From NCBI RefSeq assembly GCF_003334385.1, contig NZ_QOWN01000011.1: a DNA stretch of 64,000 nucleotides. The stretch is one strand, 5' to 3'. Source of the DNA: Escherichia coli (GTDB taxonomy: Bacteria > Pseudomonadota > Gammaproteobacteria > Enterobacterales > Enterobacteriaceae). Below are positions 44,047 through 56,093 of the stretch, piece after piece (the first letter of the stretch is position 1; the number at the start of each line of letters is the position of its first letter). A program made the translations under genes and the position numbers. Under the pieces are notes generated by a model. That model did not search any database, was not told the DNA's origin, and saw nothing but the letters and a program-made list of their open reading frames with translations.

Positions 44047-47000
44047 AAATTCTCAGCCTGCGCCTGAAAAACCTGAACTCATTAAAAGGCGAATGGAAGA
44101 TTGATTTCACCCGCGAGCCGTTCGCCAGCAACGGGCTGTTTGCTATTACCGGCCCAACAGGTGCGGGGAAAACCACCCTGCTGGACGCCATTTGTCTGGC
44201 GCTGTATCACGAAACTCCGCGTCTCTCTAACGTTTCACAATCGCAAAATGATCTCATGACCCGCGATACCGCCGAATGTCTGGCGGAGGTGGAGTTTGAA
44301 GTGAAAGGTGAAGCGTACCGTGCATTCTGGAGCCAGAATCGGGCGCGTAACCAACCCGACGGTAATTTGCAGGTGCCACGCGTAGAGCTGGCGCGCTGCG
44401 CCGACGGCAAAATTCTCGCCGACAAAGTGAAAGATAAGCTGGAACTGACAGCGACGTTAACCGGGCTGGATTACGGGCGCTTCACCCGTTCGATGCTGCT
44501 TTCGCAGGGGCAATTTGCTGCCTTCCTGAATGCCAAACCCAAAGAACGCGCGGAATTGCTCGAGGAGTTAACCGGCACTGAAATCTACGGGCAAATCTCG
44601 GCGATGGTTTTTGAGCAGCACAAATCGGCCCGCACAGAGCTGGAGAAGCTGCAAGCGCAGGCCAGCGGCGTCACGTTGCTCACGCCGGAACAAGTGCAAT
44701 CGCTGACAGCGAGTTTGCAGGTACTTACTGACGAAGAAAAACAGTTAATTACCGCGCAGCAGCAAGAACAACAATCGCTAAACTGGTTAACGCGTCAGGA
44801 CGAATTGCAGCAAGAAGCCAGCCGCCGTCAGCAGGCCTTGCAACAGGCGTTAGCCGAAGAAGAAAAAGCGCAACCTCAACTGGCGGCGCTTAGTCTGGCA
44901 CAACCGGCACGAAATCTTCGTCCACACTGGGAACGCATCGCAGAACACAGCGCGGCGCTGGCGCATATTCGCCAGCAGATTGAAGAAGTAAATACTCGCT
45001 TACAGAGCACAATGGCGCTTCGCGCGAGCATTCGCCACCACGCGGCGAAGCAGTCAGCAGAATTACAGCAGCAGCAACAAAGCCTGAATACCTGGTTACA
45101 GGAACACGACCGCTTCCGTCAGTGGAACAACGAACCGGCGGGTTGGCGTGCGCAGTTCTCCCAACAAACCAGCGATCGCGAGCATCTGCGGCAATGGCAG
45201 CAACAGTTAACCCATGCTGAGCAAAAACTTAATGCGCTTGCGGCGATCACGTTGACGTTAACCGCCGATGAAGTTGCTACCGCCCTGGCGCAACATGCTG
45301 AGCAACGCCCACTGCGTCAGCACCTGGTCGCGCTGCATGGACAGATTGTTCCCCAACAAAAACGTCTGGCGCAGTTACAGGTCGCTATCCAGAATGTCAC
45401 GCAAGAACAGACGCAACGTAACGCCGCACTTAACGAAATGCGCCAGCGTTATAAAGAAAAGACGCAGCAACTTGCCGATGTGAAAACCATTTGCGAGCAG
45501 GAAGCGCGCATCAAAACGCTGGAAGCTCAACGTGCACAGTTACAGGCGGGTCAGCCTTGCCCACTTTGTGGTTCCACCAGCCACCCGGCGGTCGAGGCGT
45601 ATCAGGCGCTGGAGCCTGGCGTTAATCAGTCTCGATTACTGGCGCTGGAAAACGAAGTTAAAAAGCTCGGTGAAGAAGGTGCGACGCTACGTGGGCAACT
45701 GGACGCCATAACAAAGCAGCTTCAGCGTGATGAAAACGAAGCGCAAAGCCTCCGACAAGATGAGCAAGCACTTACTCAACAATGGCAAGCCGTCACGGCC
45801 AGCCTCAATATCACCTTGCAGCCACTGGACGATATTCAACCGTGGCTGGATGCACAAGATGAGCACGAACGCCAGCTGCGGTTACTCAGCCAACGGCATG
45901 AATTACAAGGGCAGATTGCCGCGCATAATCAGCAAATTATCCAGTATCAACAGCAAATTGAACAACGCCAGCAACTACTTTTAACGACATTGACGGGTTA
46001 TGCACTGACATTGCCACAGGAAGATGAAGAAGAGAGCTGGTTGGCGACACGTCAGCAAGAAGCGCAGAGCTGGCAGCAACGCCAGAACGAATTAACCGCG
46101 CTGCAAAACCGTATTCAGCAGCTGACGCCGATTCTGGAAACGTTGCCGCAAAGTGATGAACTCCCGCACTGCGAAGAAACTGTGGTATTGGAAAACTGGC
46201 GGCAGGTACATGAACAATGTCTCGCATTACACAGCCAGCAGCAGACGTTACAGCAACAGGATGTTCTGGCGGCGCAAAGTCTGCAAAAAGCCCAGGCGCA
46301 GTTTGACACCGCGCTACAGGCCAGCGTCTTTGACGATCAGCAGGCGTTCCTTGCGGCGCTAATGGATGAACAAACACTAACGCAGCTGGAACAGCTCAAG
46401 CAGAATCTGGAAAACCAGCGCCGTCAGGCGCAAACTCTGGTCACTCAGACAGCAGAAACGCTGGCACAGCATCAACAACACCGACCTGACGACGGGTTGG
46501 CTCTCACTGTGACGGTGGAGCAGATTCAGCAAGAGTTAGCGCAAACTCACCAAAAGTTGCGTGAAAACACCACGAGTCAAGGCGAGATTCGCCAGCAGCT
46601 GAAGCAGGATGCAGATAACCGTCAGCAACAACAAACCTTAATGCAGCAAATTGCTCAAATGACGCAGCAGGTTGAGGACTGGGGATATCTGAATTCGCTA
46701 ATAGGTTCCAAAGAGGGCGATAAATTCCGCAAGTTTGCCCAGGGGCTGACGCTGGATAATTTAGTCCATCTCGCTAATCAGCAACTTACCCGGCTGCACG
46801 GGCGCTATCTGTTACAGCGCAAAGCCAGCGAGGCGCTGGAAGTCGAGGTTGTTGATACCTGGCAGGCAGATGCGGTACGCGATACCCGTACCCTTTCCGG
46901 CGGCGAAAGTTTCCTCGTTAGTCTGGCGCTGGCGCTGGCGCTTTCGGATCTGGTCAGCCATAAAACACGTATTGACTCGCTGTTCCTTGATGAAGGTTTT

Positions 47001-47189
47001 GGCACGCTGGATAGCGAAACGCTGGATACCGCCCTTGATGCGCTGGATGCCCTGAACGCCAGTGGCAAAACCATCGGTGTGATTAGCCACGTAGAAGCGA
47101 TGAAAGAGCGTATTCCGGTGCAGATCAAAGTGAAAAAGATCAACGGCCTGGGCTACAGCAAACTGGAAAGTACGTTTGCAGTGAAATAA
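44043..47189 (+). CDS. sbcC: SbcCD ATPase subunit SbcC (Rad50-like SMC)
   Basis: 1048-aa ORF; Walker [10 protein letters not shown], long Q-rich coiled coil, central CPLCGS zinc hook, C-terminal signature LSGGESF and Walker B DEGFGTLD; ATGA overlap with sbcD. Confidence 0.97.
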   Translation: MKILSLRLKNLNSLKGEWKIDFTREPFASNGLFAITGPTGAGKTTLLDAICLALYHETPRLSNVSQSQNDLMTRDTAECLAEVEFEVKGEAYRAFWSQNRARNQPDGNLQVPRVELARCADGKILADKVKDKLELTATLTGLDYGRFTRSMLLSQGQFAAFLNAKPKERAELLEELTGTEIYGQISAMVFEQHKSARTELEKLQAQASGVTLLTPEQVQSLTASLQVLTDEEKQLITAQQQEQQSLNWLTRQDELQQEASRRQQALQQALAEEEKAQPQLAALSLAQPARNLRPHWERIAEHSAALAHIRQQIEEVNTRLQSTMALRASIRHHAAKQSAELQQQQQSLNTWLQEHDRFRQWNNEPAGWRAQFSQQTSDREHLRQWQQQLTHAEQKLNALAAITLTLTADEVATALAQHAEQRPLRQHLVALHGQIVPQQKRLAQLQVAIQNVTQEQTQRNAALNEMRQRYKEKTQQLADVKTICEQEARIKTLEAQRAQLQAGQPCPLCGSTSHPAVEAYQALEPGVNQSRLLALENEVKKLGEEGATLRGQLDAITKQLQRDENEAQSLRQDEQALTQQWQAVTASLNITLQPLDDIQPWLDAQDEHERQLRLLSQRHELQGQIAAHNQQIIQYQQQIEQRQQLLLTTLTGYALTLPQEDEEESWLATRQQEAQSWQQRQNELTALQNRIQQLTPILETLPQSDELPHCEETVVLENWRQVHEQCLALHSQQQTLQQQDVLAAQSLQKAQAQFDTALQASVFDDQQAFLAALMDEQTLTQLEQLKQNLENQRRQAQTLVTQTAETLAQHQQHRPDDGLALTVTVEQIQQELAQTHQKLRENTTSQGEIRQQLKQDADNRQQQQTLMQQIAQMTQQVEDWGYLNSLIGSKEGDKFRKFAQGLTLDNLVHLANQQLTRLHGRYLLQRKASEALEVEVVDTWQADAVRDTRTLSGGESFLVSLALALALSDLVSHKTRIDSLFLDEGFGTLDSETLDTALDALDALNASGKTIGVISHVEAMKERIPVQIKVKKINGLGYSKLESTFAVK

Positions 47190-47314
47190 CTATTCAGCAG
47201 GATAATGAATACAGAGGGGCGAATTATCTCTTGGCCTTGCTGGTCGTTATCCTGCAAGCTATCACTTTATTGGCTACGGTGATTGGTAGCCGTTCTGGTG
47301 GTTGTGATGGTGGT

Positions 47315-48499
47315 ATGAAAAAAGTCATTTTATCTTTGGCTCTGGGCACGTTTGGTTTGGGGATGGCCGAATTTGGCATTATGGGCGTGCTCACGGAGCT
47401 GGCGCATAACGTAGGAATTTCGATTCCTGCCGCCGGGCATATGATCTCGTATTATGCACTGGGGGTGGTGGTCGGTGCGCCAATCATCACACTCTTTTCC
47501 AGCCGCTACTCACTCAAACATATCTTGTTGTTTCTGGTGGCGTTGTGCGTCATTGGCAACGCCATGTTCACGCTCTCTTCGTCTTACCTGATGCTCGCCA
47601 TTGGTCGGCTGGTATCCGGCTTTCCGCATGGCGCATTTTTTGGCGTCGGAGCGATCGTGTTATCAAAAATTATCAAACCCGGAAAAGTCACCGCCGCCGT
47701 GGCGGGGATGGTTTCCGGGATGACAGTCGCCAATTTGCTGGGCATTCCGCTGGGAACGTATTTAAGTCAGGAATTTAGCTGGCGTTACACCTTTTTATTG
47801 ATCGCTGTTTTTAATATTGCGGTGATGGCATCGGTCTATTTTTGGGTGCCAGATATTCGCGACGAGGCGAAAGGAAATCTGCGCGAACAATTTCACTTTT
47901 TGCGCAGCCCGGCCCCGTGGTTAATTTTCGCCGCCACGATGTTTGGCAACGCAGGTGTGTTTGCCTGGTTCAGCTACGTAAAGCCATACATGATGTTTAT
48001 TTCCGGTTTTTCGGAAACGGCGATGACCTTTATTATGATGTTAGTTGGGCTAGGGATGGTGCTGGGAAATATGCTAAGTGGCAGGATTTCAGGACGTTAT
48101 TCACCACTGCGCATTGCAGCAGTGACTGACTTTATAATTGTACTGGCACTGCTGATGCTCTTTTTCTGCGGCGGCATGAAAACAACGTCGCTTATTTTTG
48201 CTTTTATTTGTTGCGCGGGATTATTTGCCCTTTCAGCACCGCTACAAATATTGTTACTACAAAACGCCAAAGGCGGAGAGTTATTAGGTGCCGCAGGTGG
48301 GCAAATAGCGTTTAACCTCGGTAGCGCCGTCGGCGCATATTGCGGAGGTATGATGCTGACGCTGGGGCTGGCATATAATTACGTGGCGCTGCCTGCCGCC
48401 CTGCTTTCGTTTGCTGCGATGTCGTCGTTGCTGCTGTATGGTCGCTATAAGCGCCAGCAAGCGGCGGATACTCCGGTGCTGGCGAAACCACTGGGGTAG
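47315..48499 (+). CDS. araJ: MFS transporter AraJ
   Basis: 394-aa protein starting MKKVILSLALGTFGLGMAEFGIMGVL; internal start within the supplied ORF 47231..48499. Confidence 0.92.
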   Translation: MKKVILSLALGTFGLGMAEFGIMGVLTELAHNVGISIPAAGHMISYYALGVVVGAPIITLFSSRYSLKHILLFLVALCVIGNAMFTLSSSYLMLAIGRLVSGFPHGAFFGVGAIVLSKIIKPGKVTAAVAGMVSGMTVANLLGIPLGTYLSQEFSWRYTFLLIAVFNIAVMASVYFWVPDIRDEAKGNLREQFHFLRSPAPWLIFAATMFGNAGVFAWFSYVKPYMMFISGFSETAMTFIMMLVGLGMVLGNMLSGRISGRYSPLRIAAVTDFIIVLALLMLFFCGGMKTTSLIFAFICCAGLFALSAPLQILLLQNAKGGELLGAAGGQIAFNLGSAVGAYCGGMMLTLGLAYNYVALPAALLSFAAMSSLLLYGRYKRQQAADTPVLAKPLG

Positions 48500-48514
48500 G
48501 TTATAGTCTCGGTG

Positions 48515-48722
48515 CTCATTACTTATTGCCGGATGCGGCGTGAACGCCTTATCCGCCCTACGCGGTTCTGGCACATTTTGCAGGCCTGATAAGACGCGGC
48601 AAGCGTCGCATCAGGCATCGGAGCACTTATTGCCGGATGCGGCGTGAACGCCTTATCCGGCCTACGGTTCTGGCACCTTTTGTAGGCCTGATAAGACGCG
48701 GCAAGCGTCGCATCAGGCATGA
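48515..48722. repeat. Tandemly duplicated BIME: two ~100-bp units, each with two REPs in opposite orientation
   Basis: Unit ...CTTATTGCCGGATGCGGCGTGAACGCCTTATCCGGCCTAC...GTAGGCCTGATAAGACGCGGCAAGCGTCGCATCAGGCAT occurs twice in tandem with a few mismatches. Confidence 0.8.
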
Positions 48723-48743
48723 TGCGCCAATTGCCTACGTTTT

Positions 48744-49652
48744 TTACTCTTGTGGCCATAACCACGCAGCGCCGCGTACGCCGCTGGAATCACCGTGCTT
48801 CGCCTTACGCACCGGCGTTTCACATTCGCCGCCGAAGACAAATTGTTTAATCAACTGCCCAACCGTTTGATATAAACGGTCTACATTGCTCATCCCGCCC
48901 CCCAGGACAATCACATCCGGATCGAGAATATTCACGACATGTGCCAGCGATTTTGCCAGCCGCAGCTCGTAGCGACGCAATGCCAGTTCCGCTACCGGAT
49001 CGCTTTCTTCAACCAGGCGGATAATTTCACTGCCTTTCAGCGCATGTCCGCTCAAACGACGATAATCCATCGCGAATCCCGTGCCCGAAATAAAGGTTTC
49101 AATACAACCTTGTTTACCGCAATAACAAGGGACTTCCTCGCGATAACGCAGTTCGTCTTCGTCCATCCACGGTAGCGGATTGTGTCCCCACTCACCTGCC
49201 GTGCCATTGCCGCCGATATGCGCCCGCCCATTGAATGCCACGCCCGCGCCGCATCCCGTGCCGATAATCACGGCAAATACCGTCTGCGCTCCCGCTGCCG
49301 CGCCATCTACTGCTTCTGAAACCGCCAGACAGTTAGCGTCATTTGCCAGCCGCACTTCCCGCTGCAACCTCGCGCTTAAGTCTTTATCGAATGGCTGACC
49401 GTTGAGCCAGGTTGAATTGGCATTCTTCACCACACCGGTGTAAGGCGAAATTGAGCCAGGAATGCCCATACCTACCGTTCCGCGCTGCCCCGTCGCCTGC
49501 TCCGCCATATCAACCAACGTGGCGATCGTTTCAATAGTCTGCCGGTAATCATCACGCGGCGTGGGCAGACGATGGCGGTACAACTGCTCCCCTGCATCGC
49601 CCAGTGCAATCACTTCAGTTTTGGTGCCGCCTAAATCGATACCTATACGCAC
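48744..49652 (-). CDS. mak: Manno(fructo)kinase, ROK family
   Basis: 302-aa protein; GTG start at 49652 ([14 protein letters not shown]...) preceded by SD AAGGAG; the supplied ORF extends 46 codons upstream. Confidence 0.92.
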
Positions 49653-49776
49653 GGTACTCTCCTTATTTTTTTCAATATCAATAGCGTAGAGACGGACAAC
49701 CGGATTGGCAATGCAAGGCCGCCGACAATTCGTTATCATGCCCGCTAAATTTAACGACAAGGCCGTGGAAATTATC

Positions 49777-50688
49777 ATGCTGTGGTTCAAAAATTTAATG
49801 GTTTACCGTCTTAGCCGCGAGATTTCGCTGCGTGCAGAAGAGATGGAAAAACAGCTAGCCTCGATGGCATTTACCCCATGCGGCAGCCAGGACATGGCGA
49901 AGATGGGCTGGGTTCCTCCGATGGGATCGCACAGCGATGCGTTAACGCACGTTGCCAATGGTCAAATTGTTATCTGCGCGCGCAAAGAAGAAAAAATCCT
50001 CCCGTCTCCGGTGATTAAACAGGCGCTGGAAGCGAAAATCGCCAAACTGGAAGCGGAACAGGCGCGTAAGCTGAAGAAAACCGAAAAAGATTCGCTGAAA
50101 GACGAAGTGCTGCACTCTCTGCTGCCGCGTGCTTTCAGCCGTTTTAGCCAGACAATGATGTGGATCGACACGGTTAACGGTTTGATTATGGTGGACTGCG
50201 CCAGTGCCAAAAAAGCGGAAGATACGCTGGCATTACTGCGTAAAAGCCTGGGGTCGTTACCGGTTGTACCATTGAGCATGGAAAACCCGATTGAACTGAC
50301 GCTGACCGAATGGGTTCGCTCCGGTAGTGCGGCACAGGGCTTCCAGCTGCTTGATGAAGCCGAGCTGAAATCGTTGCTGGAAGATGGCGGCGTGATCCGC
50401 GCGAAGAAACAAGATCTGACCAGCGAAGAGATCACCAATCACATTGAAGCCGGAAAAGTGGTGACTAAACTGGCGCTCGACTGGCAGCAGCGCATTCAGT
50501 TTGTGATGTGCGACGATGGTTCGCTCAAGCGTCTGAAGTTCTGCGACGAGCTGCGCGATCAAAACGAAGATATCGACCGTGAAGATTTCGCCCAGCGTTT
50601 TGATGCCGATTTCATCCTGATGACTGGTGAACTGGCAGCGTTAATTCAAAACCTGATTGAAGGATTAGGTGGCGAAGCACAACGTTAA
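49777..50688 (+). CDS. rdgC: Recombination-associated protein RdgC
   Basis: 303-aa protein starting [16 protein letters not shown]; internal start within the supplied ORF 49705..50688. Confidence 0.94.
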
Positions 50689-50705
50689 TTGCTGATTTTC
50701 CTTTA

Positions 50706-50743
50706 ATGCCGGATGCGACGCCTGCCGCGTCTTATCCGGCGTA
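50706..50743. repeat. REP element downstream of rdgC
   Basis: ATGCCGGATGCGACGCCTGCCGCGTCTTATCCGGCGTAC. Confidence 0.6.
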
Positions 50744-50845
50744 CGAAGCCACACCAGGCATATAATTATTCGCTACGGCGAGCAATAATTTGTAGCGCAG
50801 CAATATTATGCGTTTTACGCTGTAACTTGCTCCATGGACGTTGTG

Positions 50846-51127
50846 TCATTGTTTTTCCTCAAGCCGGTGACGCGCTTCACTGCGAATTTTCCGCGTTGCC
50901 CCGGTTTTCACTAAATCACGTAACAGCGAAAGATCGGGTTGTTCGACAAATAAGAGTAATGATGGATCCTCTTTTAACCACGCCGTTTTCACATCGGCAG
51001 CCAGCTGTGGATTATTAATAGCCAGCGACCGATCCTGAGGCTCAGTCAATGTCGTTAACAACAACGCCGGGGTATGTGCGTTGCGCAATGCCGTTTGGCG
51101 TAAATGATCATTGCGACTTTGCAGCAA
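50846..51127 (-). CDS. ykiA: Small uncharacterized ORF, tentatively ykiA by map position; possibly a gene remnant
   Basis: 93-aa ORF with a TTG start; the same reading frame stays open a further 23 codons upstream; identification is by position only. Confidence 0.35.
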   Translation of the reverse strand: MLQSRNDHLRQTALRNAHTPALLLTTLTEPQDRSLAINNPQLAADVKTAWLKEDPSLLLFVEQPDLSLLRDLVKTGATRKIRSEARHRLEEKQ

Positions 51128-51334
51128 TGCACGCCACCATTCATCATCTGATTTATCTTTTATCGTAGCCAGTTCCGCAACAATATCTGGAGATCTTCAC
51201 TGATATTTATATCAACCTTGATAAATTATGAATATATCGGAAATTGAAAAAATCGCAGCAAAGGAAATATTATTATGGGCTAAAGAAAGGATATTTCAGA
51301 AAAATGCCCTCCCGTTCAAGGGGAAGGCGAGGAA

Positions 51335-51619
51335 TTACAGATAGCGGCACAGATAAGAGGTGGGTTCGGCAACTTGCAGATGAAACTCACTGTGACCGGG
51401 AACATTAAACACCGAACCGGCTTCATACACCTGCCAGTCGGTCGCGTCAGGCAGTAACACATTCAGCGCGCCACTGATTACCGTCATCTCTTCCGGCTCA
51501 GCGGTGCTGAAGGTGTATTCGCCTTCAACCATAACACCCACGCTGGCGCGACCAGTGCTGCTGCTGGAAAAGCCGATTGATTTCACTTTGCCGGAAAAGT
51601 ACTCATTACTTTGAAGCAT
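51335..51619 (-). CDS. ppnP: Pyrimidine/purine nucleoside phosphorylase PpnP
   Basis: 94-aa [33 protein letters not shown]... Confidence 0.94.
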
Positions 51620-51690
51620 AAACTGGCCCTGTTTGGTAGTTGAACATCTACTTCACTATAGGGGCCAGAGGCGCTGGCTGTCACGCAAAA

Positions 51691-52368
51691 TTACACCAGT
51701 AATTCCGCAGCCAGCCGTGCAATCAATACGTTAGACAGCAAGACAGGAACATCGAGCTGTTTTTGCAGTAAATCGCGATGACGTTGGTGAAATCCTAAAC
51801 AATCCAGCATGATGACATCAGCCCCTTTTGCCAGTAATTCTTTCCCGGCATCAATGATTTTTTGTTCTGAATCATGAATGGGGTTACCCAATGAAAATAC
51901 CGGCGATTTCTGCAAAATTTGCCATTTTTGCGCCTGAACGGGCAGCATCTCCTCAACCGGAACGATAACCCCCACCTGATGATCTTCAACAATAGAGGAA
52001 ACCAGTGGAGGCAATATTCGCGACGGCTCAAGAAAGATCGTATTACGCGCAGTCATACTACTAATGTTTGCTGTACTCATTAATAAAATGACGTCATAAC
52101 CCTGATTATCGAGCACTTCAACCACACCTTGCAGGTCACGCTCCACTTTGCGACGCGAAACATGGGCCAGCTGGTTGTCATTTAATAATGTGAGAATGGT
52201 GTCTTCGCCTGCTTCTGGCGCGTACTCCGCCATCACTTCTTCACGACTTAACTTCCCCAGCAGGCTATGATGGGAAATATTATCTTCGTCAATGTATTCC
52301 GTCAGGAGCGGCAAAACTTCCTGCATAGGTACAATGCCGATGGTCAGGATCGCCAACGACGCACTCAT
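51691..52368 (-). CDS. aroM: AroM protein, function unknown
   Basis: 225-aa [32 protein letters not shown]...; downstream of aroL-yaiA on the same strand. Confidence 0.93.
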
Positions 52369-52625
52369 TGTTCATCCACCTTACTTTTCTTTCGTCGTTA
52401 ATTACCGGGCAAGTGTGAAGCACCACTGCTGACACTTACTTGTGCTACAAATGACAAAAAGCGTAGCAGCAGACGTGCACGGCATAATGTAAAGATTCCA
52501 AATGATTCCAGTAATGGATTGTTATTGTTTAATATTCTAATTATTAGAAAAACATGAATTATGAAAAATGTGACGCAGATCCCTTGTAGTGGCACTCAGA
52601 ATCCCTTCCGAGCAGTCTGATGCGG

Positions 52626-52826
<201 letters not shown>

Positions 52827-52866
52827 TTATTTCACGGGATGAACGTTAAGTATAGGCGCTCGAAAA

Positions 52867-53391
52867 TCAACAATTGATCGTCTGTGCCAGGGCGCTGCGA
52901 ATTTCAGAAATCACCTGGCTGGGTTCGTTTGTTGCGTCGATGATAATATGCGCAACTTCGCGATATAGCGCATCGCGTTCTTCCAGCACTTCCTGAACTT
53001 CTTCGCTCAGCGGTTTTCCCGTTAAGGTTGGCCGTAAATCTTCTTCCGGTGCAGCTTGCAGTCGGTTAACCAGGACTGATACTGGCGCACACAAATAAAC
53101 CACGATCCCGTTATTTTGCATGAAGTGACGATTAAATTCCGTCAGAATAATGCCGCCGCCTGTAGCGATAACGGTGGATGGCGCAGTTACCGCTTCCAGC
53201 GCCGCCGTTTCTCTGGCGCGAAATCCCGCCCACTCTTCCCTTTCGACGATCTCCGCGACCGTCATATTGAGCTGTGATTGCAACCACTGATCGGTATCGA
53301 CAAACCGACGGTTAAGCGAATCGGCAAGGGCCATTCCGACCGTTGTTTTACCACAGCCCCGAGGCCCGATCAGAAAAAGAGGTTGTGTCAT
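52867..53391 (-). CDS. aroL: Shikimate kinase II
   Basis: 174-aa [26 protein letters not shown]... with Walker [10 protein letters not shown]. Confidence 0.97.
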
Positions 53392-53454
53392 CGTGGGTTT
53401 TCCCCAATAGGTCGCAATGCGGCGAAAGCCGGTGTCATGAGAATAGCGATCATA

Positions 53455-53572
53455 CCATCAAACTAGTACAATTTCGATTGTAAAGAAAAAATTCCACTTA
53501 AAGTGAAAATCTCAATACACCCCTTACTATACCAATAAATATTCAAGAATGAAGTGTAAATAATAAATTACA
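53455..53572 (-). promoter_or_regulatory. aroL regulatory region with TyrR boxes and a TrpR-like half-site
   Basis: TGTAAATAATAAATTACA at 53555..53572 (TGTAAA-N6-TTTACA with one mismatch), weaker TGTAAAGAAAAAATTCCA at 53480..53497, and AACTAGTAC at 53460..53468. Confidence 0.6.
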
Positions 53573-53573
53573 T

Positions 53574-54032
53574 TTAGCCACGACTACGTTGCACTTCCAG
53601 CCACCACTTCTCCAGCTCCGCGGCAAAGGCCTGGCGGTCACGTTGTGAAAGGCTATCTGGTCCGCCGGTCTGGATCCCACTGGCACGTAAGGTATCCATA
53701 AAATCGCGCATCGTCAGGCGCTCACGAATGGTCGCTGGCGTGTAACGTTCGCCGCGCGGATTAAGCGCCGCAGCGCCTTTCTCGATGGCTTCAGCAGCCA
53801 AAGGTATATCTGCGGTGATCACCAAATCGCCCGCTTCACACTGCCGGACAATTTCGTTATCGGCAACGTCGAAACCTGCCGCGACGCGCAGCGTACGAAT
53901 AAATCGCGATGGCGGCACGCGTAAACTCTGGTTTGCTACCAGTACCAGCGGCATCTGCATACGTTCCGCCGCGCGATACAAAATCTCTTTAATTACATTG
54001 GGACACGCGTCGGCATCCACCCAAATTGTCAT
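53574..54032 (-). CDS. yaiI: UPF0178 protein YaiI
   Basis: 152-aa protein starting [15 protein letters not shown]; internal start within the supplied ORF 53574..54152. Confidence 0.9.
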   Translation of the reverse strand: MTIWVDADACPNVIKEILYRAAERMQMPLVLVANQSLRVPPSRFIRTLRVAAGFDVADNEIVRQCEAGDLVITADIPLAAEAIEKGAAALNPRGERYTPATIRERLTMRDFMDTLRASGIQTGGPDSLSQRDRQAFAAELEKWWLEVQRSRG

Positions 54033-54151
54033 AAAGTCATCCTTTGTTGGGTAATCCTCTATTGTGTCGCGCTTTTGCCTTCCGGCATAGTTCTGTTTAT
54101 GCTTCTGCCAGCGATTATCAAAACAATGAATTTCACGGCAGGAGTGAGGCA

Positions 54152-54961
54152 ATGGAAAAGAAAATCGGTTTTATTGGCTGCGGCAATATGGGAAAAGCCA
54201 TTCTCGGCGGTCTGATTGCCAGCGGTCAGGTGCTTCCAGGGCAAATCTGGGTATACACCCCCTCCCCGGATAAAGTCGCCGCCCTGCATGACCAGTTCGG
54301 CATCAACGCCGCAGAATCGGCGCAAGAAGTGGCGCAAATCGCCGACATCATTTTTGCTGCCGTTAAACCTGGCATCATGATTAAAGTGCTTAGCGAAATC
54401 ACCTCCAGCCTGAATAAAGACTCTCTGGTCGTTTCTATTGCTGCAGGTGTCACGCTCGACCAGCTTGCCCGCGCGCTGGGCCATGACCGGAAAATTATCC
54501 GCGCCATGCCGAACACTCCCGCACTGGTTAATGCCGGGATGACCTCCGTAACGCCAAACGCGCTGGTAACCCCAGAAGATACCGCTGATGTGCTGAATAT
54601 TTTCCGCTGCTTTGGCGAAGCGGAAGTAATTGCTGAGCCGATGATCCACCCGGTGGTCGGTGTGAGCGGTTCTTCGCCAGCCTACGTATTTATGTTTATC
54701 GAAGCGATGGCCGACGCCGCCGTGCTGGGCGGGATGCCACGCGCCCAGGCGTATAAATTTGCCGCTCAGGCGGTAATGGGTTCCGCAAAAATGGTGCTGG
54801 AAACGGGAGAACATCCGGGGGCACTGAAAGATATGGTCTGCTCACCGGGAGGCACCACCATTGAAGCGGTACGCGTACTGGAAGAGAAAGGCTTCCGTGC
54901 TGCAGTGATCGAAGCGATGACGAAGTGTATGGAAAAATCAGAAAAACTCAGCAAATCCTGA
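54152..54961 (+). CDS. proC: Pyrroline-5-carboxylate reductase
   Basis: 269-aa protein starting [21 protein letters not shown] (Rossmann fold); internal start within the supplied ORF 54044..54961. Confidence 0.95.
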   Translation: MEKKIGFIGCGNMGKAILGGLIASGQVLPGQIWVYTPSPDKVAALHDQFGINAAESAQEVAQIADIIFAAVKPGIMIKVLSEITSSLNKDSLVVSIAAGVTLDQLARALGHDRKIIRAMPNTPALVNAGMTSVTPNALVTPEDTADVLNIFRCFGEAEVIAEPMIHPVVGVSGSSPAYVFMFIEAMADAAVLGGMPRAQAYKFAAQAVMGSAKMVLETGEHPGALKDMVCSPGGTTIEAVRVLEEKGFRAAVIEAMTKCMEKSEKLSKS

Positions 54962-54977
54962 TGACTTTCGCCGGACG

Positions 54978-56093
54978 TCAGGCCGCCACTTCGGTGCGGT
55001 TACGTCCGGCTTTCTTTGCTTTGTAAAGCGCCAAATCTGCCGATTTCAACCACTCACGATAGTGACTCATTTGTGGGTTCAGCGGCGCAACCCCCACACT
55101 AATCCGTAAAGTTACCTGTGGCGTATTCGGCAAACGTAATGTATTTAGCCCTTCATGCACCCGTAACATGGCGGTAATGGCGCTCTCAGCTGGCGTACCG
55201 GACATGATTACTGCAAACTCATCGCCGCCAAACCGACCAATCACATCGCTACCGCGCAGGGTAATTTGTAACTGTCGGGTAAGCGCCACAATCGCTTCAT
55301 CGCCCACATCATGGCCCCAGGTATCGTTGATGCTCTTGAAATGGTCGATATCGATAATCAGTAACGTTGCATCGCGATTATGCCGCCGACAGTTATCAAA
55401 TTCATTGCGTAACATAGTTTCCCAATGACGTCGGTTATACACGCCCGTCATGCCGTCGCGGGTACTCATGACCTGCAACCTGCGTTTATGTTCCGCCAGT
55501 TTGGTTGCCGTCTGGTAGCTGACCCAGCCAAACAGCAGAGGATAAATGACAATAATGGGAAGGGAGAGCCACCATTCCAGCGGCGCACTATTGAACGACA
55601 CGGTAATGCCCGTCAGCTCGAGGGTGACAAGGCAGGAAACCACCATCAACACCAGACCCGCGACAAACAGACGGGGGCCGCCTGCCCCCATCAAATTCAG
55701 ACACATAATCATCAACATCGCGGTGGAAGGCAGCACGTTTACGCCCATTACGCCTACCCACATTCCCGCTAATACTGCATCGGTTTTTAAGTTGTAAATT
55801 TCCCGGCTAAGCGGATCGACGGCCCTGCTCGCTATCTGCCAGGCTAAATGCGGCCAGACGAACGCCCAGCCGACCAACACCAGCCACCACCAGCCCGGCG
55901 GCGGGTGTGAAACCAGCGTTGAAGCAATCGGTAAGAACATGCCAGCCAGGCCAACCGCACGGGGTAGTCTGACGCGACGGGCGAAGCGCAGCCCGGACCG
56001 CTGATGTTCGTTTTGAGGAGTTAAAGGAGGTTCCTCCCCGTGCGCCGCCGCTTTTTTGAAAAAGTTTTCATCATTCATTATTTTTGGGAACAT
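54978..56093 (-). CDS. dgcC: Diguanylate cyclase DgcC (AdrA)
   Basis: 371-aa ORF with N-terminal transmembrane MASE2-like region and C-terminal GGDEF domain (RFGGDEFAVI). Confidence 0.95.
   Translation of the reverse strand: MFPKIMNDENFFKKAAAHGEEPPLTPQNEHQRSGLRFARRVRLPRAVGLAGMFLPIASTLVSHPPPGWWWLVLVGWAFVWPHLAWQIASRAVDPLSREIYNLKTDAVLAGMWVGVMGVNVLPSTAMLMIMCLNLMGAGGPRLFVAGLVLMVVSCLVTLELTGITVSFNSAPLEWWLSLPIIVIYPLLFGWVSYQTATKLAEHKRRLQVMSTRDGMTGVYNRRHWETMLRNEFDNCRRHNRDATLLIIDIDHFKSINDTWGHDVGDEAIVALTRQLQITLRGSDVIGRFGGDEFAVIMSGTPAESAITAMLRVHEGLNTLRLPNTPQVTLRISVGVAPLNPQMSHYREWLKSADLALYKAKKAGRNRTEVAA

Noticed and set aside
44700-46700. Q-rich low-complexity stretches in sbcC that look like a nucleotide repeat
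   Set aside because: They are CAG/CAA-rich codons encoding the glutamine- and leucine-rich coiled-coil arm of an SMC-like protein, not a repeat element.
48515-48722. Possible CRISPR array suggested by tandem palindromic repeats
   Set aside because: Only two ~100-bp units with no unique spacers and no cas genes; the sequence matches the REP/BIME family instead.
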